DNA of 64,000 nucleotides from Hormiphora californensis (lineage: Eukaryota > Animalia > Ctenophora). Shown in pieces: positions 48,080 through 59,599 of the stretch. Made by a program: the position numbers and the translations under genes. Below the pieces are notes generated by a model that worked only from the letters and a program-made list of their open reading frames with translations, was not told the DNA's origin and did not search any database. The stretch lies in NCBI GenBank assembly GCA_020137815.1, contig CM035352.1:3348001-3412000 (forward strand), written 5' to 3'. The first letter of the stretch is position 1, and every line of letters begins with the position of its first letter.

Positions 48080-48741
48080 TCACGTTTCTCGGACCAGCGA
48101 GGTTCCTGCCCTTTGTTCCTTCAGCTTTTTCCTCCTCACGCACTTCGGACAACTCAGGTTCCGTTTACAGGCCTTGTGGTAGACCGAGGCACACCCGGCG
48201 CACTGGTCTGTAGTTGCCAGCTCAAATGCAAAGATAGGTTTGGGGCTCTGGCAGTATTCACAGATGAAACCAAAACTGGAACACCTGAAAATGGGAAGAG
48301 TTAGCATTGGGATAAACTTGCAGGGGGAGGAGGGTAATAGCTAATAATGGATGAGGAACATAATGGAAGAGGGCATGATACATTGGTGATTTACTGGTGT
48401 GGGTACTCCTGGCATGTGATACTCCCTCAACCCTAAATCTAATCTCTAGCCGTGGGAATAAAATACAGACTGTTCCAAATACTTGACACAGACGATCTAC
48501 AATTCCCAAGTTGCCCCAATTCCCACTACACGTGTTTAATTATAATCTCTACTAGGGAGAGTCTAGAGAGCCTCTAGACTTAGAGCCAGGTCCTGGCTGC
48601 CAGGTGGATCCCTTCCCACATATCATGAATCACATGGTCTCTCTCTGTCTTGTAACATTACACATGCCATTTGGTCGCTTTTACAGTCTTCTATTATCCA
48701 GTTCTCTTTCTCCCCCTCCCCCTCTCTCTATCGCTCTCTAT

Positions 48742-48807
<66 letters not shown>

Positions 48808-51246
48808 ATTTCTTTCCTTCTTCTCTCTCTCAACAAAGCCCTCGTTAGGTCTCCCATCCCTCTCTCCATCTAGACCTCGAACACACTCTTTAGCTATGTA
48901 GTGAAATCTTTGTGTGTCGTTAGGCTGTAACGATTTCACTTTGCCCGACGATGCTTTTCATTTTGCTCTTCAATTCCTGGCTCCTCCTGGGAGGAAGGAT
49001 AACTGAGGGAGTGCCCCACTATTACGTGGTCGCTAGGGTATCCGAGGTGGATAGGGTCGGTCTGATTAGCGCCCAGTTCACCCAGGAGCTACCTAGAAAC
49101 GGGAGTGGAAGTACATCATGGGACTGTAACAGTGGCCTCACACCCATCCAGTACCCATCAGGTGTGTTTAATTACATTTATCATGATACACCCATGTCAA
49201 GCCCATGCTGAATGCTCTGACCGCGGTTCTCTCGAAAGGAATGAGAATAGTGATACCCATTATTATAGTATTATATTACTTCCACAATATAAAACTGACT
49301 CCTCCCCCCTCGAAAACAGAAGATGGTCGAGTTATTCGAGCTCAGAGTATTGACGTGCCTGTAGGGAGTAGCGTGGAATGTCTTGGTCTGAGTGTCCAGG
49401 TATCAACATATATCTCTAATTGGGGCCTGATTCACCTCAAAATCTAATAGGGGTACTAGGAAACACACTGCCTAATAGTTTCAAGACTGGAATTCCTAGT
49501 CTTTAGTTTTATCAATCAATCAATTCTCATCATCAACCTTCCCCTACTGTTTAGGTAGTCCTTGGTTCCTCAGTGTTTGTATGGAGTGATGTTGTGACTG
49601 AGTGTCCTGGTCACGTGACTACTACAACTGAACTTGTCAGGAGGGATACGAGTTCTAGGGAAACGTTTAGGCTCACACCTACCAGATCATTTCAGGTACA
49701 GCACTTTCACTCCAAATCATTTACATTTAGTAAATTGATTAATTAATTTGCTATTTTCAATCTCCCAGAATCTGTCTGGTAGCGCGGGCCGCCGATCCGA
49801 TCTGAACACCAGACAGCGCAATATATCCACTCGATCTAGACAGTGACACACCCATATTTCTAGGTCTACACGACCCGACCCGGTGAGGCATGTGCACGAC
49901 GGCAGAGCATTGCAGTGGAGAACCCAACTCTAAAGTTCAGTTACCGTGGTAACCACTACCCTGTATCCTGTGCCGTGGTATCAACAGTCAGGAGGCTGTG
50001 GTGTAACCTCACAGTTATCACAGGGGAGGGGGAGGTGGTGGCTCTCAGTCATGGTAACACCAATATCTCAATTCCATCATTTGTGTGGAGAGGAGGGGAT
50101 GGTGGAAATGGGACGATCACAGCGACTTGTAGGTGCACCTGTCAGCTAGCCCGGGGAGCCGGTCCCACTAGAACATCCGAGTTATCTCACAGTGTAGTAC
50201 AAGATAAGCAACCAGTGGTTAACCCCACTCAGTCTGTTACCATGGTAACAACACCACCGACCCACAACAACATCCTCTACGTGGCGGTCGCTGTAACAAG
50301 TGGGATAGCTCTCCTCATGGTCATGTTGTCTGTCATCTTGTGTTGTCACACCCGGAGAATGAGGGAGAGGTCTAGGATGAGGGGGTGTATGTATAGAGGT
50401 AGACCCCTACCCGCCATACCAGCGGTGACAGAGTGCGGGCACTACAACACTGTGTCACTCAGGCTGACAGATGAGACTGGAGGATGTACCCAGACCTTCC
50501 CTATCTACCATAAACTGGCCCTTTCTCAGACACTCTGAACTCAAACTGGCCCTTTCTCAGACACTCTGAACACAAACTGACCCTTTCTCAGACACTCTGA
50601 ACACAAACTGGCCCTTTCTCAGACACTCTGAACACAACAATTAGCTGCTGAATCCTCATCTCAGAGAAATACAATTTAGTATGAACTCCTAGCTACACAA
50701 CAATTAGCATAAAAATAACCCGCTAACAGCGATCGTTTGCGCCTCCTCGGCTTATATGCAGATACAGTCGAACCCCGATTTACCGGGATGCTCGGGGGAA
50801 AGGGTTTTGCCCGGTAAATCGGGGTGCCCGGTATATCGGGGTCAAATACTGTTAATTTCCTATTTCGGGGGAAGAGTATCCTCCCGGTAAATCGGGGTTC
50901 CGGTAAATCGGGGTCCGGTAAATCGGGGTCCGACTGTATCATGAAATATAAATTGGGATGCATATATGAATCATGTGGTTTGAGATCCTTCTATATAATG
51001 ACAATAATATTTTGCCACCATAGTCAACTTGACTCATATATACTATCTCTACCCCACCGGACACCAAACATTTCAAAAATCAGATTCTATATAACAAACC
51101 TGGCACAGCAATAGACATGATGAACTGTCCGTTGTACAATTTTCTTGAGGTAGTTAAGGAGCTGTCCTGAGAACACCCGCTGTATATCTGATGTACTGTA
51201 GAGATGCGGGCTATCCCAATAGTATGAATGACTACCCAGCTTTTTC
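48080..51246 (-). CDS. 3' exons of a Rubicon-homology (zf-RING_9) protein (RUBCN/PLEKHM1/DEF8 family); upstream exons not found in window
   Basis: Exons 51246-51100 and 48284-48080 join in frame: HLYSTSDIQRVFSGQLLNYLKKIVQRTVHHVYCCAR|CSSFGFICEYC..IFAFE..CAGCASVYHKAC..CPKC. Confidence 0.88.
48720..48830. repeat. (CT)n microsatellite
   Basis: Direct inspection. Confidence 0.95.
48951..50538 (+). CDS. Orphan type I single-pass membrane protein, 4 exons, nested antisense in the Rubicon-homology gene intron
   Basis: Signal peptide MLFILLFNSWLLLGG; GT-AG exons ~48951-49161, 49320-49399, 49555-49695, 49864-50538 stay in frame; Thr-rich stalk, TM ILYVAVAVTSGIALLMVMLSVILCC, basic stop-transfer, RPLPAIP, YNTV, YHKL. 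Confidence 0.75.
50511..50635. repeat. 31-bp tandem repeat x4 overlapping the stop codon
   Basis: aaactggccctttctcagacactctgaacac. Confidence 0.92.
50765..50936. mobile_element. Tc1/pogo-like MITE (TA TSD)
   Basis: TA|CAGTCGAACCCCGATTTACCGG...CCGGTAAATCGGGGTCCGACTG|TA. Confidence 0.9.
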
Positions 51247-54200
51247 CTGAAACATAAATTATTTTATTATTTGAGTTATTTGACATGTCTGATTTTTTAC
51301 TGAACAGTGACTTTGTATCATGTGTCTAGTCTAAAAATGATAATTACGAACTGTAACCCCGAGCTTGTGTGTTTTCGTTTCCATGGATACGAGTCATCAA
51401 GACGCACCCAGTATATTATCCGGTAAATGTGTACTCGAATCATTAGTGTATTGATAATCAATATCTAGGACAAGACTGCAGGGTAAAGATTGAAATTCAT
51501 TGTTATTATCCGCCTGTCCTCATATATATGCGATCGAAATATCAATCGGTGGAGATACCAATCCGGGATATTAAAATGCTCGAATAACCATCAGTGGATA
51601 CGAACTAAGAAGATGTACGGATGACTATTTGCTTGACTAGTCGCGAATCCATGGATCCGAATCCGCGATTATTGATTTCAGCTATAGCTAGCGTCGAATC
51701 ATTGGGGGGTCACTTATAACCCATTCTCCATGGCTAAATTATATAATAAAAAAACTGAAAAGAAAGGGAACCATACGAATTAGAGTGCTTCTTAGTGGAT
51801 GTAATCTTTGTTATAAAAATGCTCTTTCCTGACTCCCGATTGGTGAGAAGAGTGGTGAGAAGAGTGGTGGTCCTTTATGAGTGGTGGTCCTTTATGAGTG
51901 GTGGTCCTTTATGAATTCGTGAAATTCAGTTACTATCAACATGATATGGATTTTAGTGAAACGAAAATAATGTCGAAATGAAGCAATGTAAGTGAAGTTA
52001 TTTATAAGTGAAGTTTACAGTTATAAGAGTGACGGTTAAATTAGTTACGGAAATGGCCTAGTTTACGTACTTGCACATCACAAAACATTAACTATTTGGT
52101 TACTTGTAAATTGACCCTTGTCAATTTTATATGTTATGTGTCATAATCCCGCTAATATATGGTTGATGTAATTTAGTGTTATGATTACAACACAACACCA
52201 CTATACTACCCACCTAAATGAAGAGTAGATTGTGTCCATGTTTTACACACCGTTCACTGCACCTATAAGGAACTGTCTAGACTAAAGCTATGCTTACACA
52301 TGGTAACCGCCCTAACCTCGGTTGACTGTCGAGTTATTTAAAAGTACCTGTAATTATTAAATCAAATTGAAACACATCTTCTCACAATTAATTTTAGCTA
52401 CGCTCTGTCTTTCGTATTAATTCTAAAAATCTAATGTAAAACTAACCCTGTTCAGTTTGTACTTTATTAAAACGGTGTTTCCAGAACATGCAAACTTGGA
52501 TACTTCCTCACCAAAAGTGAAGGAGGGAAGACATTTCATTTCAAGATGATTTCTCTATCCTTCCTTGCGCACTTTGAATTTCCTGCACTCTGTGTTCACA
52601 CAAACGTGTGTGGATCAGTACATGACTCTCAATGGGAAAACGAACATTCTTTCCTCCTTATAATCAAATGGAGTGAAGTGCAACTGATTGAAGGGATTGA
52701 TTAGTTTATATATATACTTCCAATTTCTGAATGTTCATCGTTTCAAATTCAATTTGGGTTGACCTAAAACTGATGTCAACGGGAAAATATTACTTCAATA
52801 TTGATTTTGAGAACTATTGAAATGTAAACCAAACTGGGGAGATGATTGAATATGATTTCTTTCAAGATACTGACTTCACATTCATTTATTTTTTCTAATT
52901 TTTCCGTCATACACTTAAATAATTGTTCGTGGTCAAATCACGCGTTTCCTACTAAAATAATTATAGTGGCAATCATCACATGACATTTGACAATGCATCC
53001 ATACATAATAATAGATGTGATTGTGGATTGCTCCTCAAGAACTGCCGGCAATGATCAGAGAACAGAGTGGTCAACATCGTTTAAAAAATTTATTTCGTGG
53101 TCAATGTAAAGTCCTCTCTCGTATAAAAGATTACAAGTTCTAGTCTACATTCAGCCCTTGCTATTTACTATCTTATGCATGCCCGATACAATCTAGGTAG
53201 ACCAAACATTTTTACTATAAATAAACTGTCTCCCACGCCATCTACTTCCCGGTAATTTTTATCCGAACTTTGTGCATTTTTCACGATCCACGATGGCAAC
53301 GAATGTCTACAGGTTGGTCTGTATTTAGTCATCGACCACCAAATCTGTGAATATCAGGGGTCGGCTGCTTCTCGATTCACATATTCAGAATCCGTACTAA
53401 AATAAGAGTGGAATGGGAGAATCAAAGAAAAATACATTTTTCATACAACGATGAACAAGTTCAACAAACGAAGTTAATATGAGTTGACTCCAGTTGAGGT
53501 ATGTAGTTTGTCCTGTGTGTGGTGTGTGTGTTTGTGTAGGGTAATTTATCATAGTTATACAAATAATGAGATTTGATGATTGACTTTATACACACAATTA
53601 CCCTCACAGCCCGGGAGGACACAGATGACGAAGCTAATGAATGAACTAATTGATGAGAATGTGTGACACTGAAAAGTGATAATGGAGATTGTCAGTACTC
53701 TGAACCTGATGCGATGAGTACTGATGTGTGATGATAATACATGACCTTGGTGATGGCTGAGAGTACCATACAATACTTTGATATTATGATATCTTAATTA
53801 ATATTATATTTCTAGTCTATTACGTATCATTCATGTATTCGGACTTATGTGAGGTGTTAAATGTTTTAATTCAGTTTTTGTACTTGATAGCGTCTTGTAA
53901 CCTAGACGTCGTTCAGTTCATCACTCATGCCTGGGGTAGTAAGCGATAAAATGCATTTAGTAATACTTTAACCCTCTTCAACTTGCGACTTGCTCATCTT
54001 TCTTGGTACCTGGTTTCACACTCTTTCACAGATGCTGTTGGTTTCTCAGTGTTATGAGTGTAAAAGTTTGCCATAATAGATAGACCAGGTGTGGGCGTTG
54101 GTTAGAAATTTTCTTACAAAGCAATGCTTCCGCAAAATCATCCCTCTTGTCCATCAACAATATATTCTGGTTTGGTCAATAACTTCTTGGCGAACATCAA

Positions 54201-54780
54201 TCAAAATACAGCATAAATTTATTCCATTAGAGATTGTTTGTTTCCCATCAGGAGCAGAGGCACGTAAAATTAGTCCATGGAAAAACATTTCTCTCTGCAA
54301 TTCCATTATTTTTTTGGTGAGGCGTGCAACACTCTAGCACGCAAATATTTAGCTGCATTGTAGTCATAGCTATGGGGTAAAAGGGGTTGAGTTACTGAAT
54401 AGGGGTAAGGTTTGTGACTGATTCATGTTAGACTTGTAACAGTTGGTATCACACACACGCCTTCAGTCTTTGCTGGTGGGGCGCGCCCGTAAGGGTATGA
54501 TTGAAGGGCCCCTTTTACAACCCCAAGGGGGCTGAAGTTGAGCTCTAATTATGGCCCCAAGAGGGCATGATGATGGGGCCCAATTTAAACCCCCGAATTG
54601 GCAGGGAACCTGGGCCCTAATTTAAAACCTCGAAATCGGCGGGGGTGATGGGACCCAATTTAAGACCCAAAAATGGGCGGGAGATGGGTTCCTATCCAAA
54701 TCTAAAAGGGTAATGGGAGGTCAGATACAAGTTACAACACATTAGTTCGAGATATAAACTAAATATTACACATGCACATT

Positions 54781-55287
54781 TCAAATAAAGTTGGGAAACT
54801 GACATCTCTGTAAAGTGTCAAGGCACCTCCAACTATTAATTATCGCTTCAACTTTTGCAATGCTACAATATCGTCTCTCATGAGGGTAGGGACACGAGGA
54901 CACCCCATTCAAGGCTTTTATATTGCTATTAACATTTGACACGTCAACAACAAAACATGAATTTGGTAAAACACTAGAAAGGTAGTCTCGAGCTATATAG
55001 CCATGGGTAAACACCATGTCCAGTTGGCTCCCAACAGCTCTAATCATGTGCTTCATCTCATCTTCAGAAATGCTATCCATCTTATAATCTGCAGGATTTA
55101 TCACTCCCAGTTTATTTACACAAAATTGTAGCTGTTTTTCAGGGAGTAAGGAATGGTGAACACGATTTTCAACTGTATAGAGATTTTCACCGATTCTCTG
55201 ACCAACTGCAAACTCTAGAGGGTAGAACTCGCCATCAAAAACTCCATCTAGACAGATAACCGTGTAGCAAATCATATTCGATGCCAA
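54781..55287 (-). CDS. Polinton accessory protein (DEDD-exonuclease-like fold with C-terminal CxxH..C)
   Basis: ICLDGVFDGEFYPLEFAV, VFTHG..RDYL, CPYPHERRYCS pattern recalled from Maverick/adintovirus ORFs. Confidence 0.6.
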   Translation of the reverse strand: MASNMICYTVICLDGVFDGEFYPLEFAVGQRIGENLYTVENRVHHSLLPEKQLQFCVNKLGVINPADYKMDSISEDEMKHMIRAVGSQLDMVFTHGYIARDYLSSVLPNSCFVVDVSNVNSNIKALNGVSSCPYPHERRYCSIAKVEAIINSWRCLDTLQRCQFPNFI

Positions 55288-55365
55288 TTAGAAAAGAGAA
55301 AAAATGAGAAATGAAAAACTAACACGATTCTTTACATGCGTGAGTGATTGGCTAACACTATTGTT

Positions 55366-56423
55366 CTAGCCACTAGCCAGCTTTAGAAAATTAATCGAGT
55401 CGGATATTACATTGAATATGTGGGTAAACGATGCGGTGTTATCACTAATAACTTGCTTAATCTGCTCGAGAGAGATTCCCTCTAACTGTTTTATCAAATC
55501 ACGATCGTCATCTGTCAACATTTTTCGTTGTGGAACAACAACCGGCACTACACCGTAGCTAAGACCAATCATTAACTTTTGTAGGGAGCGCAAGAGCTTT
55601 CTTGATCTCATAACACGATCAATTTTACCTTGATCTACCAAATCTCTAATTCTAATAAAATCGTTTACGCTCACAGAATTAATTATTGCCGATGAAAACG
55701 TGCTAAAATTAGGATCGTTAAATTTAACTTCAAATTCCTGTCTCTGTGCTTTTAGTAAGTCTACTGTTTCTTGATATCGTGCAAGATTCTCCCTACACTC
55801 TCTCAATTTATTTTGGTAGCGGCGATCAAGCAATTGAGTTTTTTTGACAAGATCTGCAACTTTTGTTGAAAGTTGACGAGTCTTTGTTTTATAATATCTC
55901 AAGCGATCATTCACATATCCCTCATCAGTGTCGTCTGGTAGAGGAATGTCCTCCACGTTTAATCTCCTCCTGCTTCGTGAAGGAGAGGGAGATATTGATA
56001 ATGATCGTTTGCGTTTTTTACCGAGTAGAGTTCCTCTGCGACTAGAGATTCCATCTGGTGATGGTTCAATTGAACGACTTCTTTCTCGAATAGGTGGGGT
56101 GATTGATCTACTTCTCCTGCGAGATGGACCAGGTCTGGGAGAAAGACTAGAGTTGCGTTTGTTATCGCGTGTGTGGGAACTTGAGTTTTTACGTTTCCTA
56201 GCAGTTTTTCTAGAAGAAGAGGTTGAATTATTATTATTATTATTATATGGTTCTGATCGAGATCTCTTATCTATCCTCTCATCTCCCCAATTATCCTCCC
56301 TCTTTCTTTTCGGTGGAAAGTTATTTTCTGGATGAATAGCAACTACAGGCGTGTGATGTTGTGCCCTATGTCATACAGCTCTATCGCAGAGCTAAAATTC
56401 TGACTGCAATCGTTACACTCCAT
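55366..56423 (-). CDS. Polinton protein: N-terminal C2H2 finger, Arg/Ser-rich basic tract, coiled coil; one frameshift near 56372
   Basis: The 196-aa ORF frame is open upstream to ~56370 (RRRSRSITPPIRERSRS); ATG 56423 gives MECNDCSQNFSSAIELY which joins HRAQHH with a 1-nt correction. Confidence 0.7.
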
Positions 56424-56467
56424 AATCTATAAATAAGGGTAGAAGCAGAATCACAAGTATTTATAGT

Positions 56468-57015
56468 ATGTCAATTGTTGATCAGTATAAAGATGCAAAG
56501 CTCTCTGGAGCTTTCTCTGGGAGAGATACATTTTATAGATCTCTCAAGGAGCGGGATTCGTCTGTTTCTAAAAATAAAGTGGTTAGAGCCCTCCAAGCGT
56601 CAGACACTTACACGCTACACAAGCCAATAAGGAAACCCCGCAAGTTTCGTCGTGTGTACACTAAAGGAATCAACTACCTCTTTCCAATCGATCTATGTGA
56701 TATGTCGGCATATGCAAAAGACAACTCGAACTACAAATGGATTATTACTATTATTGATACTTTCTCAAAAAAACTTTGGGCTCTGAAAATTAAGAATAAA
56801 AAGGCAACTAGCGTTCTAAAAGCTCTTAAGCCATTGATTGAGAGAGAAAAACCACAAAAAATCGAGACGGATCAAGGAAAGGAGTTTCTCAACGCCAAAT
56901 TTCTATCGCTACTTAAAAAACATAAAATAACTATCTACTACTCAATCAAGTCCCCCCGGAAATGTTCAATTGTTGAGAGAGTAAACAGGTGAGAATTGAG
57001 GGGTCCTGCGTTTGT

Positions 57016-57057
<42 letters not shown>

Positions 57058-57670
57058 GTGTGAGATTTTGTGTAAGCTTTGTATCCTGTTAAATAATCGA
57101 TCCGACCTAATCAATCCCTCTCTCCCTAGAACTCTGAAAGGAAGAATGTTTCGAGCATTTAGTTCTCGGGGTTCACACAAATGGATCGACATTTTAGACG
57201 ATCTAGTTGCAGGATATAATAAATCATTCCACCGCTCGATTGGAATGGCTCCAAACCAAGTTAATAAGCGTAACGAGTCTACTGTTCGTGCCAAACTGTT
57301 TCCAAAACTGAGTCCTCCTAAACCTACTAAACTAAAAATAAATGATACCGTTCGTATAACAACTAAAAAGTCTCCTTTTCAAAAAAGTTATTTACAAGGT
57401 TGGTCTCACGAGGTATTTGAAATAGCTGCTATAAAAGCAACGAACCCCATATCGTTTTCAATTAAAAATATCGGTGGAGCAATTCTCGCTAGATCCTTCT
57501 ATTCCTCCGAAATACAACTGGTTGATAAGAGCAACAACATTTGGCGAGTTGAAAAAGTGATTAAAAAGCGTAAATATCGTAACGAGACGCAATACCTCGT
57601 TCGCTGGAAGGGTTACCCTGATCAATATAATTCGTGGGTCAGTCATAGAGAACTCTTCAAACTGGGATAA
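56468..57670 (+). CDS. Polinton retroviral-type (rve) integrase with C-terminal chromodomain, two exons
   Basis: IDLCDM, IIDTFSK, TDQGKEF, VERVNR|TLK; intron 56989-57129 (GT...AG); 353 aa after splicing; YLVRWKGYPDQYNSWV chromodomain. Confidence 0.93.
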
Positions 57671-58269
57671 TGCCAGTTAAATTTCTCGCTAACCATAATA
57701 CGATTGTTTTTGGCCAGACTGGCGCTGGAAAGACGCAATTCATCTTAAGACTCCTTAGGGAGCGGTTAATTGAACCATTTCCAGATAACGTGTACTATAT
57801 GTACGGGGTGGAGCAGCCTTTTATGAAACAACACCCTAATATAAAATTCATTGATGGACTCAGATTTGATCAAATGGACACTTCTAAACCTAGTGCGCTG
57901 ATAATTGATGATCTAATTCTTGACACAAACAGAGATGTGGCATCTGCCTTTATAATGGGGAGTCATCATCGACAGATTTCTCTCTTCTTCATCACTCAAA
58001 ACTTATTTCCTAACTGCAATACGTTCAGATTAATGAGTGCGAACGCACATTACTATGTACTGTTTCACAACCAGCGTAATTTTCGTCAAGTCCACACCCT
58101 AGCTAGGCAAATTTTCGTTGGAAGAGATGTTAATCGAATCATCGCTGCATATAAATATGCCGCAGAGAAGCCTCGTGGATTTATTTTGTTGAGTTTCAGT
58201 CCTTTGCTTCCTAAAGAACTTACCGTAATTGCAGACTTCTGGCAACCATGGGTTTCGGTTTACCTCTAA
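57670..58269 (+). CDS. A32-like genome packaging ATPase
   Basis: GQTGAGKT Walker A, LIIDDL Walker B, GSHHRQISLFFITQNLF, NAHYYVLF. Confidence 0.93.
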   Translation: MPVKFLANHNTIVFGQTGAGKTQFILRLLRERLIEPFPDNVYYMYGVEQPFMKQHPNIKFIDGLRFDQMDTSKPSALIIDDLILDTNRDVASAFIMGSHHRQISLFFITQNLFPNCNTFRLMSANAHYYVLFHNQRNFRQVHTLARQIFVGRDVNRIIAAYKYAAEKPRGFILLSFSPLLPKELTVIADFWQPWVSVYL

Positions 58270-58457
58270 AAAGACATCGATACATTTTACAGACGCTAGT
58301 TACTAAATCTCCTAAAATGCGAGCAGTTATGATTGATAGAGCTCCTCCACAGCTAATCTCTCTTTTCAAATCGCTCTGTACCTCACCCGATCGTAAATAT
58401 AAAGCATATAGCAATCTATTTAAGAAGGTGAAACACGCTCTCCGATCTCCGTTATAA
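58248..58457 (+). CDS. Small basic Polinton ORF (possibly truncated)
   Basis: ATG overlaps the ATPase 3' end; ILQTL...PKMRAVMIDRAP..LI pattern resembles small Maverick proteins. Confidence 0.5.
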   Translation: MGFGLPLKRHRYILQTLVTKSPKMRAVMIDRAPPQLISLFKSLCTSPDRKYKAYSNLFKKVKHALRSPL

Positions 58458-58524
58458 AAGGTTGATGAGGATCAGACGGGCTATCATTCCTGAAATCTGT
58501 ATTAAAAAATGAAGTCCGTTACTC

Positions 58525-58809
58525 TTGAATTCCCCCTCATCCAAAAAGGAGGGAACTCTAAAAGAGGTAAAACTCCCCGAAAATCTGATTCAAACGCCTA
58601 AGATCTATAATACTGAGGTGCTACACTCTCTACTAGCGGCATTTGGTAAGGCAGGAATGTTTAGGAACGAGAATGGGAATCTACATTACAATGATAAAGA
58701 TACAGGAGTTCAATATGATGAATTTGTAACTGAGTGTACTAAACTATGTTTCCATAAAAAGTATAATGACTTGTATAATATTCTACATTCTAATGGTTTT
58801 GTATTTTAA
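58525..58809 (+). CDS. Hypothetical Polinton ORF
   Basis: 94-codon open frame within the cluster; start uncertain. Confidence 0.4.
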   Translation: MNSPSSKKEGTLKEVKLPENLIQTPKIYNTEVLHSLLAAFGKAGMFRNENGNLHYNDKDTGVQYDEFVTECTKLCFHKKYNDLYNILHSNGFVF

Positions 58810-58935
58810 AGAGAGTGAGAGAGAGAGAGAGATTGGGTGATAGCGAGAGCTGTCACTGAAAGGTGAGGGGAGTATTGAGACATGTATTTGTAAATTAAAA
58901 ATAATCTTTTAGAATTTCAAAGAATAAACTCATTT

Positions 58936-59385
58936 TTACTGAATTGATTTAACTAATTTACGAACAATATAATCATTTTGATAAATATTTCCATACAATA
59001 ATAGAAAATCTCTAACATTCATTCCGCTACACATTGAATAAACAAAATGCACACAAAAATAACCACAACTAGTAGTTCCAGGTATTTGAATTGCACGCTG
59101 CACGTGCTTGCAAGTCTTGAACTTTTTACTCAACTTGTTAAACTGTTTAGGGAAGGTGTAATGCCTAGGAGATCTTCCAAAGGAGTCGAAAAAGATGGCA
59201 TGACCGTTATTCACCCACCAAGCACACCAATGTTCGCCACTTTTGTCATGATATTCGGTATTCGTTATAAAGGCATAGCGTCTTTTACGAGATTGGATAG
59301 TGATACATGCCGGAAATGTACCAATGTAGTATCTACAGGTATATGGATTTTTAAATAGAATATCGTTTAGTTGGTTGGTATTCAT
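58936..59385 (-). CDS. Adenain-like maturation cysteine protease
   Basis: ITNT...GEHW (His), FFDSFG (Asp), IQ...SCGYFC (Gln/Cys). Confidence 0.93.
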   Translation of the reverse strand: MNTNQLNDILFKNPYTCRYYIGTFPACITIQSRKRRYAFITNTEYHDKSGEHWCAWWVNNGHAIFFDSFGRSPRHYTFPKQFNKLSKKFKTCKHVQRAIQIPGTTSCGYFCVHFVYSMCSGMNVRDFLLLYGNIYQNDYIVRKLVKSIQ

Positions 59386-59450
59386 TCGATAATTTCTACT
59401 GTGCGATCTCCATTAATTGTTATTATCTATCGTTTCAAACTTTTCAACAC
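59382..59450 (-). pseudogene. Probable C-terminal remnant of the Polinton major capsid protein
   Basis: Minus strand FET..ITINGDRTVEIIE* with the stop overlapping the protease ATG (ATGA); resembles the I.IdxxRxV end of Polinton MCPs. Confidence 0.45.
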
Positions 59451-59599
59451 CTACTTTAAAACTAATTAATTTGGAGCTGTTCCGCTTTAATCGATTCGAG
59501 TCCGTGTCAGAGTAATTTTCTATTCTCCGATATTTTGAGTAACGCAAATCTCTTTCAACTGGGTTTTTGTGACGTTTTATTTGAGTTTTGGGGATAGTA

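Larger units (their letters stand above)
54400..59560. mobile_element. Polinton/Maverick (adintovirus-like) endogenous element, partial; cut on the right by a LINE
   Basis: AT-rich, tightly packed cluster of rve integrase+chromodomain, A32 ATPase, adenain protease and accessory ORFs. No pPolB or TIR identified; boundaries approximate. Confidence 0.9.

Noticed and set aside
48875-48990. Minus-strand exon of the Rubicon-homology gene (HYIAKECVR)
   Set aside because: Wrong phase and internal stops; exon 51246-51100 joins the last exon perfectly instead.
50676-51114. ORFs with SDPDLP / GKSGSGKS (P-loop-like) text
   Set aside because: Translation of MITE subrepeats, not a real NTPase.
55928-56335. 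135-aa Leu-rich plus-strand ORF
   Set aside because: Antisense of the RS-rich minus-strand frame.
56468-57670. LTR retrotransposon (chromovirus) or Ginger integrase
   Set aside because: No gag, RT or LTRs; adjacent A32 ATPase and adenain identify a Polinton.
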